Below, one piece after another: positions 1 to 10,331 of a stretch of DNA of 64,000 nt; the stretch's first letter is position 1, and every line of letters begins with the position of its first letter. Location of the stretch: positions 566,681-630,680 of the forward strand of contig OZ251219.1 of NCBI GenBank assembly GCA_965240465.1. The letters run 5' to 3'. The translations under genes were made by a program, and so were the position numbers. Under the pieces are notes generated by a model, which saw only the letters and a program-made list of their open reading frames with translations, was not told where the DNA came from and ran no database searches. Origin of the DNA: a bacterium. GTDB taxonomy: Bacteria; SAR324; JACQKK01.

Positions 1-1797
1 CACCGCTGGCTTTAATACCTCGTGTACCAAAGTGCTTTTACCACTCCCAGAAACCCCACTTATCACACACATAACCCCCAAGGGTATGTTGATATCCAGC
101 TGTCTCAAATTATGACAATGAGCTTTTTTGATCATCAAGTATTTAGCTGGCACTCGTCTCTCAGCAGGCTTAGGCAGTACCAGATCACCCCGCAAATAGC
201 TTGCCGATACCGAAACCCGACTACGCATCACCTGCGACAGCGAACCCTGTGCTAGCACCCGACCACCCTCATTTCCAGCCCCCGGACCCATATCCACCAG
301 ATGATCGGCAGCTACCATAGTCGCGGTGTCATGCTCTACCACGCAGACGGTATTGCCTAAATTTTTCAGTTTCCCTAAGCTATCCAATAAGCGTTGCTGG
401 TCGGCCGCATGTAAGCCGATGGAGGGTTCATCCAACACATATAGCACTCCCTGCAAGCGTGACCCCACCTGAGATGCTAACCTGATCCGCTGAGATTCTC
501 CCCCTGAAAGCGTGTTGGTACGGCGTTCCACTGTCAAGTACCCCACCCCTACCTGACATAAAAATTCCAAGCGAGAGCTAACCTCCCGTAGAATGTCTTT
601 GCCGATCTGGGTCTGCTCTTCACTTAAGGACAGATTATCAAAAAACAGGCGGGACTCAGATAAAGTCATCTGAGTTAAAGATGCCATGTTTAATCCCTGA
701 AAAAGAACCGCCAAGGCAACCTTGTTTAACCGACTACCATCACAAGCTTGACAAACCTCCGACGACTGATGGCGATTGCCCCCCTGTTTTAAGCTGGATT
801 TTCCCCCAACGAGATGCCGATACCCCCGACGGGACCCCCGATAAGACCCCCGACGGGACTCCCGATAGGACTCCCGATAACCTAAACCTCCACAAGTCCG
901 ACAAGCCCCCGCATCATTAAAGCTAAACAAGCGTGGTTCCAATTCCAGAATTGCCGTCTGACACCGAGGACAAGCCATCTCACTGCTGAATAACTTCATC
1001 TCCGCTTCTTTTAGTTCTTTTTTTCCCTTAGCTCCTTCTAATAGTACCCCTACCAAGCCTCCGCTTAGCTGCAGGCATTTTTCTACTCCCTCCACCCAAC
1101 GAGATCGCTTCCCCTTTGACAAAGGTAGCCGATCCCACACCAATTCCAAACTGTGCTTCTCATAACGCTCTAATTTATGCTCTTCATCCAGACGCCCTAC
1201 CTTGCCATCCACCCGTACCCGTAAATAGCCTTCTTCTCGCCATTGCTGTAGCTCTTTTCGGTACTCCCCCTTGCGTTCCCGCACCATAGGTGCCAGTAAC
1301 AACGCCTCAGCATCTTTAGCTGCTGCTCCATAGCGTACCAGCAACCTATTGACTATCTCTTCGGCCCCCAGCGAAGATACCTCTATCCCGCAACTAGGAC
1401 AATGCGGCTTCCCTAGCCTAGCCATTAACAAACGATAGTGATCATACAGCTCGGTGACCGTACCCACCGTTGAACGCGGATTGCGATTAACCGTCTTCTG
1501 ATCAATGGCTATCGCCGCACTCAAGCCTTCCACATGCTCCACCCGAGGCTTATCTAAACCGCCCAAGAACTGACGCGCATAGGGAGATAAACTCTCTAAA
1601 AAACGCCTTTGTCCTTCCTTGAACAGCGTATCAAATGCCAAGGAAGACTTACCCGAACCCGATACTCCGCTAAAAACTACCAAGGCATCGCGAGGCAATT
1701 TTAGGTCAATGTTTTTAAGGTTGTGTTCACAAGCACCCCGCACGATTATCTGATTCTTTGAGCCCGACCGCACCGAACCAATTTTATTGCTCTTCAT
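1..1797 (-). CDS. uvrA: Excinuclease ABC subunit A (UvrA), N-terminal ~600 codons; the C-terminus lies beyond the window start
   Basis: The ORF is absent from the track because it runs off the window edge. My manual minus-strand translation from ATG 1797 stays open to base 1 (599 codons). It shows MKSNKIG..VRGACEHNLKNIDLKLPRDALVVFSGVSGSGKSSLAFDTLFKEGQRRFLESLSPYARQF (UvrA N-terminus with Walker A), CPSC..CPRC and CRTC..CQAC zinc modules, the LSGGESQRIRLA ABC signature, and a second Walker A (SGVSGSGKSTL) encoded at bases 60-1. Confidence 0.9.
   Translation of the reverse strand, partial: MKSNKIGSVRSGSKNQIIVRGACEHNLKNIDLKLPRDALVVFSGVSGSGKSSLAFDTLFKEGQRRFLESLSPYARQFLGGLDKPRVEHVEGLSAAIAIDQKTVNRNPRSTVGTVTELYDHYRLLMARLGKPHCPSCGIEVSSLGAEEIVNRLLVRYGAAAKDAEALLLAPMVRERKGEYRKELQQWREEGYLRVRVDGKVGRLDEEHKLERYEKHSLELVWDRLPLSKGKRSRWVEGVEKCLQLSGGLVGVLLEGAKGKKELKEAEMKLFSSEMACPRCQTAILELEPRLFSFNDAGACRTCGGLGYRESYRESRRGSYRGSRRGYRHLVGGKSSLKQGGNRHQSSEVCQACDGSRLNKVALAVLFQGLNMASLTQMTLSESRLFFDNLSLSEEQTQIGKDILREVSSRLEFLCQVGVGYLTVERRTNTLSGGESQRIRLASQVGSRLQGVLYVLDEPSIGLHAADQQRLLDSLGKLKNLGNTVCVVEHDTATMVAADHLVDMGPGAGNEGGRVLAQGSLSQVMRSRVSVSASYLRGDLVLPKPAERRVPAKYLMIKKAHCHNLRQLDINIPLGVMCVISGVSGSGKSTLVHEVLKPAV
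825..882. repeat. 12-bp tandem repeat (~5 units, cccgaYRRgacY) inside uvrA, encoding YRESYRESRRGSYRGSRRGY
   Basis: Units read directly: cccgacgggacc / cccgataagacc / cccgacgggact / cccgataggact / cccgataacc. Confidence 0.85.
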
Positions 1798-1806
1798 AAA
1801 AGCCCA

Positions 1807-2850
1807 TTAAAAGCTCGGCAACTTCGCTTGCCAGCTGAGTACCAAATCCTTCAATAGTCTCACCGCCTGATGGTCTTCACCCGTAGGCAAAGAGCTTAGA
1901 GCCTGCTCAAATAGCAACTGACATTTTTCGGCAACCGCCCTGATCGCCCCACACCGATGAGCTTCTGCCACCGCCCATTCAATATCCAGATCCGACTTCT
2001 CCGCTCGCGGCAAGCAGAGCAATCTTTTCAAACGCTCAGCCGATTGAGAATCCAGCCTTTCCGACATTTCCAACCCGATTAAAGTGCGTTTGCCCTCTGC
2101 AAAATCTCCCCCGTGTTCCTTGCCATAGTCAGACCGAGTAGCACTCTCCAAAGATAGGTTCAATATATCATCACAAAGCTGAAAGCCCAAGGCAAAGGAC
2201 TCGCCATAATCACCCAGTGCCTGACCCAAAGAACCTCCCCCAGCCACTAAAACCCCCATCTCACAAGGACCACGACCCGAATACCAACCCGTCTTCTTGA
2301 GCATCATATCCTGTAATTCCTTCCGATCAGGAAAATAATGCTCATCCCGCCAACCGATGTCCATCGCTTGTCCTTCCAAAGTATTTCTCACCAATTTACA
2401 AAATAACTCCAATAATCTACTGCTAAGACCCTCTCCCAAACGAGAAACATTCTTCAACAGAGATTCAAAAGCCAACTCCAACAATAAATCCCCAGCATTC
2501 AGTGCCAAAGGAATCCCATACCGACGATGCAAGGTCGGATGACCCCTCCTAATTAGGGAACTGTCTTCTATATCATCATGCACTAAGGCAAAATTCTGAA
2601 ATAACTCCAACGCCATCGCACTAGGCACAGCATCCTCAGCCCGACCACCACCGTAAGCATTACTCAACCACAACAACGATGGACGTAATCGCTTGCCTCC
2701 ACGACACGGATATTCCCGTGCCAGCTTATATAAATATCGCTCTGGATCACCTAAGGGCAAATAAGCCGACCATTCCTGATCAACCCAGCGGTTCACGCTC
2801 TGCAAATAGGCAGAAAGGTCAGAAAAATCTAGCTTCAGCTCCTCAGCCAT
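1807..2850 (-). CDS. Trans-polyprenyl diphosphate synthase family (FPP/GGPP synthase type)
   Basis: 347-aa ORF with two Asp-rich motifs, LVHDDIEDSS and FQLCDDILN. Confidence 0.8.
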   Translation of the reverse strand: MAEELKLDFSDLSAYLQSVNRWVDQEWSAYLPLGDPERYLYKLAREYPCRGGKRLRPSLLWLSNAYGGGRAEDAVPSAMALELFQNFALVHDDIEDSSLIRRGHPTLHRRYGIPLALNAGDLLLELAFESLLKNVSRLGEGLSSRLLELFCKLVRNTLEGQAMDIGWRDEHYFPDRKELQDMMLKKTGWYSGRGPCEMGVLVAGGGSLGQALGDYGESFALGFQLCDDILNLSLESATRSDYGKEHGGDFAEGKRTLIGLEMSERLDSQSAERLKRLLCLPRAEKSDLDIEWAVAEAHRCGAIRAVAEKCQLLFEQALSSLPTGEDHQAVRLLKDLVLSWQAKLPSF

Positions 2851-2897
2851 CCCTAGTCACGCTCCTCGCAGACTACTGACTGCAGTACAATCCTCAT

Positions 2898-4148
2898 TTA
2901 TGGCAATTCCTGATGCTGAATCAACAGCTGAAATACCGCTTCCCGATTGTGACGCGGCTGATTAAGCATTATCACAAATGGACGATCCCTAAATCGCCCT
3001 GGTAAAAATCCTGCTAAATTGTGAACTCCTTTCAAAGTCCCCGTCTTCGCAGCCGCCTGCCAAGGTCCCTGACCATACTGAGGCAATAACTTCCGCCAAG
3101 GATAAAATAACTCCACCACCTCCAGCATCGCTTGCAACTGAACCCGATTACCTCGCGATAACCCCGACCCCTCAACCCATTGTAACTTATCCGCACCAAT
3201 GCCCTTAGATGATAAACAAGCCCGCATATACTCCATCCCCTTCTCCAGAGAAACTGGGCGACCACTGCGTTTATCAGCCACCGCCAGCACTAACTGGTTC
3301 GCAATGAAATTATTGGAGTACTTCAGCATATCGCTGACTATATCCTCCAAACTCTTGATTGCATAATGAACGTGCACCAAACTAGCCCCCTTAGGAACTC
3401 GCCCTACTCGCCACCCTTGTAAAAAATTAGCCCCCTGACCTCCCCAAATCTCCTCTGCCAACTCCGCTGAATACCTGAGAGACCAATCATCCCGCGCCGT
3501 TATGTTAATACGATGCTTACCAACTCTCAAACCCCGCGATAACTCCTTGCCCAGTACCGTAAGCGGAGTCTGCTCCTCTGCACTCACTACCACTCCCTCT
3601 GCATCAACCTCCACAAAAACCGTGTTGAAATTGGATGCCAACGCACTCAAACCCGCATCATGTGGATTTAAGCTCCCACCACGACCATCCACCCAAACTG
3701 ACCGAAATGCCGAGCCATCCACCACTAAACCCTCCAAAGGCTGCCGAAATATCCCCTTCTGACGTAGTCTGACCCCTAACTTATTCCAAGACTCCGATAC
3801 CAATACCGGATCACCTCCTCCCTCCAAATACAACCACCCATCCTTCAAATAAACCTTCGTCTTAAAACGATAACGCTTTCCCAATTCCTCTATCGCACAA
3901 TACCCCGTCGCCAACTTCAATATGGATGCCGGCACATAAACCCCATCTCCATAAATAAAACGCTTCTTATCCCAACCCACTGCCACTCCCCCAACATCCA
4001 CCAAAACACTCAACTGACCCCGCAACCAAGAATCCGAACTCTCCCCCTCTGCTTGAACCGATGACCCAAACCCTACACTCCCACACAACACCCCTAGTAA
4101 AAAAACCCCTAACCAAAAACTTCTTAACATCCTTGCTCTTCTCTTCAA
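2898..4148 (-). CDS. dacB: D-alanyl-D-alanine carboxypeptidase/endopeptidase, PBP4 (peptidase S13) family
   Basis: N-terminal signal peptide. SxxK (PASILKL), SxN (YSNNFIANQL) and KTG (AAKTGTLKG) motifs occur in the expected order. Confidence 0.8.
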   Translation of the reverse strand: MKRRARMLRSFWLGVFLLGVLCGSVGFGSSVQAEGESSDSWLRGQLSVLVDVGGVAVGWDKKRFIYGDGVYVPASILKLATGYCAIEELGKRYRFKTKVYLKDGWLYLEGGGDPVLVSESWNKLGVRLRQKGIFRQPLEGLVVDGSAFRSVWVDGRGGSLNPHDAGLSALASNFNTVFVEVDAEGVVVSAEEQTPLTVLGKELSRGLRVGKHRINITARDDWSLRYSAELAEEIWGGQGANFLQGWRVGRVPKGASLVHVHYAIKSLEDIVSDMLKYSNNFIANQLVLAVADKRSGRPVSLEKGMEYMRACLSSKGIGADKLQWVEGSGLSRGNRVQLQAMLEVVELFYPWRKLLPQYGQGPWQAAAKTGTLKGVHNLAGFLPGRFRDRPFVIMLNQPRHNREAVFQLLIQHQELP

Positions 4149-4194
4149 TGCTCAGCAAATATCCTTATGCAACTTTGAGAACCTTCTTCTTCCT

Positions 4195-4331
4195 CTCACA
4201 CCCCGCACCCCCGCATCTCACACCCCGCACCCCCGCATCTCACACCCCGCACCCCCGCATCTCACACCCCGCACCCCGCACCCCCGCATCTCACACCCCG
4301 CACCCCCGCATCTCACACCCCGCACCCCCGC
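4195..4331. repeat. 22-bp intergenic tandem repeat (~6 units, ctcacaccccgcacccccgcat; one unit carries a 7-bp internal duplication)
   Basis: Period read directly from the sequence. It fills the gap between the mutM stop (4332) and the dacB start (4148). The minus strand is G-tract rich (GGGGGTGCGGGGTGTGAG). Confidence 0.9.
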
Positions 4332-5156
4332 TCAAATCTGGCAGCGGGGACAATAAAACGTACTCCGCTGTTGCTGACGAACCCTCAATATCGGAGTCCG
4401 ACAAACCTGACAATCGCAACCCATCTTACCGTACACCTGCAGAAAATTCTGAAATTCACCACTCTGGCTATCAATCCTTTGAAAATCCGAAATGGTAGTG
4501 CCATTCTTGGATATTGCCTCTTTTAGTACTTGTTGTATCTCTCGGTGCAGCTTTTTTATCTCCTTTTTATTGAGGCTATTGACTACCCGCAAGGGAGAAA
4601 TCCCCGCCCGAAAACAAATCTCACATACATAAATGTTTCCCAATCCCACCAGCTGATGCTGATCCAACAAAAATGACTTCAGAGAACGCTTGATCTTCCC
4701 TAATCTCTCACCCAGCCAAACTACCGTGAACGCTCCCGATAATGGCTCCAAACCCAAATTCTCTAAAATCGCAAAATCCTCGCTCGCTCTGCCCAAACGC
4801 AACTTCCCAAAACAACGTAAATCCTGAAAAATCAGCCTCGCCCCGCTCTCCATCCAAAACCTTACCCGATGATGCTTGCACTCCCCTAAATCCTGACCCG
4901 CACCACACCAAACAAACTTACCCGTCATGCACAAATGTGCCAGCATCCACTTTGCCTCGCTTAAAGCAAATAACAAATACTTCCCCCGTCTGCATACAGA
5001 CCTAAACTCCGCACCCGACAAAACCCTAGCAAAATCACCTGCCGATACCCCACTTAAAATATCCTCCCGAAATACCTCCACCCGCCTAACTCGCTGCCCA
5101 ATGAGAACTCCCTTTAACTCCCGAACTACTGTTTCTACTTCTGGTAATTCTGGCAT
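4332..5156 (-). CDS. mutM: Formamidopyrimidine-DNA glycosylase (Fpg/MutM)
   Basis: N-terminus MPELPEVETV (catalytic Pro2) and a C-terminal zinc finger CQVCRTPI..FYCPRCQ; 274 aa. Confidence 0.9.
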   Translation of the reverse strand: MPELPEVETVVRELKGVLIGQRVRRVEVFREDILSGVSAGDFARVLSGAEFRSVCRRGKYLLFALSEAKWMLAHLCMTGKFVWCGAGQDLGECKHHRVRFWMESGARLIFQDLRCFGKLRLGRASEDFAILENLGLEPLSGAFTVVWLGERLGKIKRSLKSFLLDQHQLVGLGNIYVCEICFRAGISPLRVVNSLNKKEIKKLHREIQQVLKEAISKNGTTISDFQRIDSQSGEFQNFLQVYGKMGCDCQVCRTPILRVRQQQRSTFYCPRCQI

Positions 5157-5198
5157 GCTTAGGGTGAACCAGATTTTTTATAGGGGGGTATTCATGGT

Positions 5199-7088
5199 TT
5201 AATTTGTTAATTCTTCTTCATCATAAAAACGGTACAATTTCAGAATCTCATTCACCATTGCTTCTGTTCTATTTTTTATGCTTTCTTCATTCCATTTGGG
5301 TATTTCTGATAAAGAAGTTTCACCACTACCTATCTCAAAGCGTAATTTATTAAGGTGCAAATCATTCTTAAAGCCGATATTTATTTCTTCTCCATTTTCT
5401 CTTTTTTCTTTTAAGTTTTGTTTCTCTTCAAAAGGTAAATTGCTTAATTTAGGATTGTAACGAGTCATTGTGAGATTTCCTAAACAATGAACCCACTTCT
5501 CTTGTATGTCCTCAGCTTTACCTTCATCTCCATCAGCAATCATATTCTCCCATTCATCAGGTATGTTTTCGCCCTGTGGAAGTATATGTTCTACGCTCCA
5601 GCCATTTTCCCATAAATCTTGTTTGTTATCATCGGTCTTATCAATTTCATCCAACTTAATTAATAAATATTTAGTCATAGAAGCATTTTCATCATATAAA
5701 TTGTCAGAAAGTCCTTCCTTAAAATCTTTTAAGGATGCAATTTTCTTTCTTTCTCTATAAATATCTATTAGATCTTCAATAGTTATCTTCTCTTTCTTCT
5801 CACATTTGTTTATAACATCAATTTGCAATTGATCAAGATCCCTTCTGTCTGGAATATTGGTAATATGTTGTCTTACAAAATATTTCTGCAGAAATTTCAC
5901 AAATCTTATTAGATCATCTTTAGCAATGTATTCATCACCTTTGGACATCAAGTACATTAATATGGTATGCGATGGAGTTGCACCAATATCATTAAGATCT
6001 TTGAGTTCCGAACCTAATTTATCTTTTTCATCTGGGTTGTTGATTTTCTCATAGATCTCAGCCTTGTCTAATAGATACTCTAGAAATTCTAATAACTGAG
6101 GATCCTTTTTTTTCTTAATTATCTTAAAGTACTTAGAGATTAAGTTGGCTTTTGTAGCTTTTCCATCTAAAGAAGAGCCAACAAGTTCTTCGTGCTTAAA
6201 TGCATTATAAAACTGCCTTAAAAACCTATTTTCTTTTCCTTTTCCTTTCTCAGTACAATTTTGAATGTCTTTCCATTTATCAAAAGATGCTTGTATTGAT
6301 TTTTTGCTTCCCTTTACATCTATTTTCTCCAAAAACTTATTCTTAATAATGTCTATCGCGGCCAATGGTAGACCCCGATGATTGAGGGTTTCAAATAAAC
6401 GAAAAACCCCAGTATGATCGGATTCTTCCATGCGTACCAAAGACAGATTATTAACCTCCTTGTAAAGAGAGATTAATTCTTCAAGCTTCTCTTTAGGCGA
6501 GTTACCCTTTTCATTTAGTAAGCTTCTTAAAAAATAATCATAAGCTTTAAACATTAAACGCCGTTTATCTAGTTCTATCTTGTCTGATTCTTTCAGCAAA
6601 CGACATTCAGCCAATATACATTTGTAGGTTTCTAGATTATTCTTTTGAGTAGAAGGTTCTATCTTAAGCTTCAATTTACTACTGCCATAATAGTTTCCAA
6701 TCAACTTTCCTTTGATTTGAGATTTTATGTTATTAGCTTCTTTAATTATATCTTTATTATGATTACTTCTTGTTTCATGTTTACCCGAATATTTATCAAA
6801 TTCTTTATACATAGTAGCAAGCATTAAGGAGATAGTAATCATCCGCTGCTGACCATCTACCAGATCCCATTCATTTGGTTTTTTTGTCTTGACACAAATA
6901 ATAGAACCAATAAAATGCCCCTCTCTAGAAGTACTCTTTCTATTATCCTTAGCTTCCATTATGTCACTTAATAATTTAGCACAGTGTTTTACAGTCCAGC
7001 TGTAAGGACGTTGATACCTTGGTATGCGGTAGACATTATTGCCTTCAGCTGAAATTATTTCCCTAAATTTTCGCTCGGATGCTTCCAT
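5199..7088 (-). CDS. DUF262 + DUF1524 two-domain nuclease (GmrSD-like type IV restriction / BrxU-SspE-like family)
   Basis: 629 aa. N-domain motifs are YRIPRYQRPYSW, VDGQQR and FETLNHRGLPL. C-domain His-Me-finger motifs are WSVEHILPQ and LGNLTMTRYNPKLSNLPFEEK. The gene is markedly AT-rich compared with both flanks. Confidence 0.8.
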   Translation of the reverse strand: MEASERKFREIISAEGNNVYRIPRYQRPYSWTVKHCAKLLSDIMEAKDNRKSTSREGHFIGSIICVKTKKPNEWDLVDGQQRMITISLMLATMYKEFDKYSGKHETRSNHNKDIIKEANNIKSQIKGKLIGNYYGSSKLKLKIEPSTQKNNLETYKCILAECRLLKESDKIELDKRRLMFKAYDYFLRSLLNEKGNSPKEKLEELISLYKEVNNLSLVRMEESDHTGVFRLFETLNHRGLPLAAIDIIKNKFLEKIDVKGSKKSIQASFDKWKDIQNCTEKGKGKENRFLRQFYNAFKHEELVGSSLDGKATKANLISKYFKIIKKKKDPQLLEFLEYLLDKAEIYEKINNPDEKDKLGSELKDLNDIGATPSHTILMYLMSKGDEYIAKDDLIRFVKFLQKYFVRQHITNIPDRRDLDQLQIDVINKCEKKEKITIEDLIDIYRERKKIASLKDFKEGLSDNLYDENASMTKYLLIKLDEIDKTDDNKQDLWENGWSVEHILPQGENIPDEWENMIADGDEGKAEDIQEKWVHCLGNLTMTRYNPKLSNLPFEEKQNLKEKRENGEEINIGFKNDLHLNKLRFEIGSGETSLSEIPKWNEESIKNRTEAMVNEILKLYRFYDEEELTN

Positions 7089-7172
7089 AATTGTACTCCT
7101 TTTTGAGTTATAAAATATTTAACACAAAACCCCCTTAGGACTTTACACCTTTGGGGGGGGTTATTGAAGAAT

Positions 7173-7250
7173 TTACACTGCGCCCATACCTTCACCCTTT
7201 TTGGTGACTTACATCATACTGCCCATTCCACCCTTTTTGGGGGGGCTTTT
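7173..7250 (-). other. Two decayed in-frame copies of the groEL 3' terminus directly after the real stop codon
   Basis: Continuing the groEL frame past its TAA gives KSPPKKGGMGSMM-stop (7250-7209) and then VTKKGEGMGAV-stop (7208-7173). The genuine tail is ..[27 protein letters not shown]-stop. Confidence 0.6.
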
Positions 7251-8945
<1,695 letters not shown>

Positions 8946-8971
8946 TCAAATAAAAACATCTGGTGTGCCAC

Positions 8972-9256
8972 TTAGAGCACTCCCAGAATATCATCCTCAC
9001 GCATGATGATGTACTCATTCCCATCAAGGGTAACATCATTGCCCGCGTATTTTGAAAACAGGATCTTATCTCCTACTTTCACATCCATAGGGGCAATAGT
9101 GCCGTCATCACGGTACTTGCCCTTACCCACACCAACCACTTTGCCCTCCTGAGGCTTTTCTTTGGCGGTGTCCGGAATAAAAAGCCCCCCAGCAGATTTT
9201 TCCGTCGCTTTAACACGCTCAACCAAAACACGATCTTGCAATGGTCTCAGCTTCAT
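8972..9256 (-). CDS. groES: Co-chaperonin GroES
   Basis: 94 aa, MKLRPLQDRVLVERV..GGLFIPDTAKEKPQEGKVV, immediately upstream of groEL. Confidence 0.95.
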   Translation of the reverse strand: MKLRPLQDRVLVERVKATEKSAGGLFIPDTAKEKPQEGKVVGVGKGKYRDDGTIAPMDVKVGDKILFSKYAGNDVTLDGNEYIIMREDDILGVL

Positions 9257-9532
9257 ATTTTTTTCCTTTTATAATGTTGCAAGGCAGAAATAATCTTAGG
9301 TACAAAACATTCTCTGTCAGTAAAATTAAGCCCTAGATTCTCTACCATTAGGCAACTATGTTACAAAATCCAGCTATAAATTCTTATAGCATAAATCTCT
9401 TAAAGTCCTTTTCCCTATAAAGCCTTAGAGAGTCTAATACCTCCAGACCAAAACCGCCCTACCAGGGAAACACCCTAACGCAGAGAATCACTGAAGCGAA
9501 AAGCACCTGTGGCACAGGATATCCTGCACCCA

Positions 9533-9559
9533 CTAGCACTCTATGGTTGCGAGTGGTAA
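9533..9559. promoter_or_regulatory. CIRCE-like inverted repeat (possible HrcA operator)
   Basis: CTAGCACTC-N9-GAGTGGTAA against the consensus TTAGCACTC-N9-GAGTGCTAA (2 mismatches). It lies ~280 nt upstream of the groES ATG, which is unusually far, and just past the stop of the neighbouring gene. Confidence 0.35.
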
Positions 9560-9566
9560 AAGTCAA

Positions 9567-10310
9567 CTACTTTTTGTAAAAATATACATAATCACGTTGT
9601 TTAGCCAATTCATGACAACTGCGACAAGTATCAATATCACTATCTACATCCCTAGCTTGAACCTTTCCCAATGGCTTATTCAACACGATAAACTCCCAGC
9701 CGCCCGGTCTAAATTCTCCTCCTTTGGCATGCTTTTGCATCATAAAGGTAGGCCCCTGAACCTTATTGCCCCGACGCTTGATGGTAGCAAAAGTCTCCAA
9801 AAGAACCACACTAGCCAAAGGATAATCCTTCGTTCCAAGATATCCCACCTCATAAAGATCTCTGTTACTCTGATAAACCACTGCTGCTGCCTCAGGAGTT
9901 ACAAAAACACGACCCACCAGCTTTCCATGGGCAAAAGTATCGAAAAAACCAGTCACCTGACTCCAACCACGATACCGTCGCCACTCTATCTCTGGCAATA
10001 GCTTAACCTCAACGGGGTCCCTATCTTCACCTGCAAGAAAAGCTGGGACGACTACCTTCGGCTCTGCTCCCTGATTGTCGCTACTTTCAGATTTACTCCC
10101 TGAATCCAGCTGAGATTTACTCCCTGAATCCAGCTGAGGATTACTGGCAGCACAGCTAGCCAGTAGCACGCAAAAAACTACCCCCAACCCCCAACCCCCA
10201 AAAAAATACGGCTGGCTATTTTCAGCTGTACTGCCCATTGCATTATTTGTTGCATTGTTCATTGCATTATTTGTTGCATTGTTCATTGCATTATTTGTTG
10301 CATTGTTCAT
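9567..10310 (-). CDS. Cytochrome P460-family haem lipoprotein candidate
   Basis: The C-terminal part reads ..PGGWEF..DTCRSCHELAKQRDYVY (a CxxCH haem site in the P460-type context). Lipobox VLLASC. The likely true start is ATG 10238 (MGSTAEN..); the upstream ATGs come from a 24-bp repeat. Confidence 0.55.
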   Translation of the reverse strand: MNNATNNAMNNATNNAMNNATNNAMGSTAENSQPYFFGGWGLGVVFCVLLASCAASNPQLDSGSKSQLDSGSKSESSDNQGAEPKVVVPAFLAGEDRDPVEVKLLPEIEWRRYRGWSQVTGFFDTFAHGKLVGRVFVTPEAAAVVYQSNRDLYEVGYLGTKDYPLASVVLLETFATIKRRGNKVQGPTFMMQKHAKGGEFRPGGWEFIVLNKPLGKVQARDVDSDIDTCRSCHELAKQRDYVYFYKK

Positions 10311-10331
10311 TGCATTATTTGTTGCATTGCC
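10236..10331. repeat. 24-bp tandem repeat x4 (cattgcattatttgttgcattgtt) at the 5' end of the P460-like gene
   Basis: Four consecutive units read directly. Each carries in-frame ATGs on the minus strand (the peptide ladder MNNATNNA). Confidence 0.9.

Noticed and set aside
1-1797. Absence of a long ORF in the track over the first 1.8 kb, suggesting a pseudogene or non-coding DNA
   Set aside because: Manual translation shows an intact uvrA reading frame that runs off the window edge, which is why the track omits it.
4061-4498. 145-aa + strand ORF with HTPHPRISHPAP repeats
   Set aside because: It is a translation of the 22-bp intergenic array and overlaps the dacB start and the mutM end on the opposite strand.
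9506-9530. Sigma54-type promoter (TGGCAC) and the palindrome CCTGTGGCACAGG upstream of groES
   Set aside because: No TTGC element lies at the required spacing after TGGCAC, and it points toward no + strand gene. The palindrome stem is 6 bp with a 1-nt loop, so it is not a credible hairpin.
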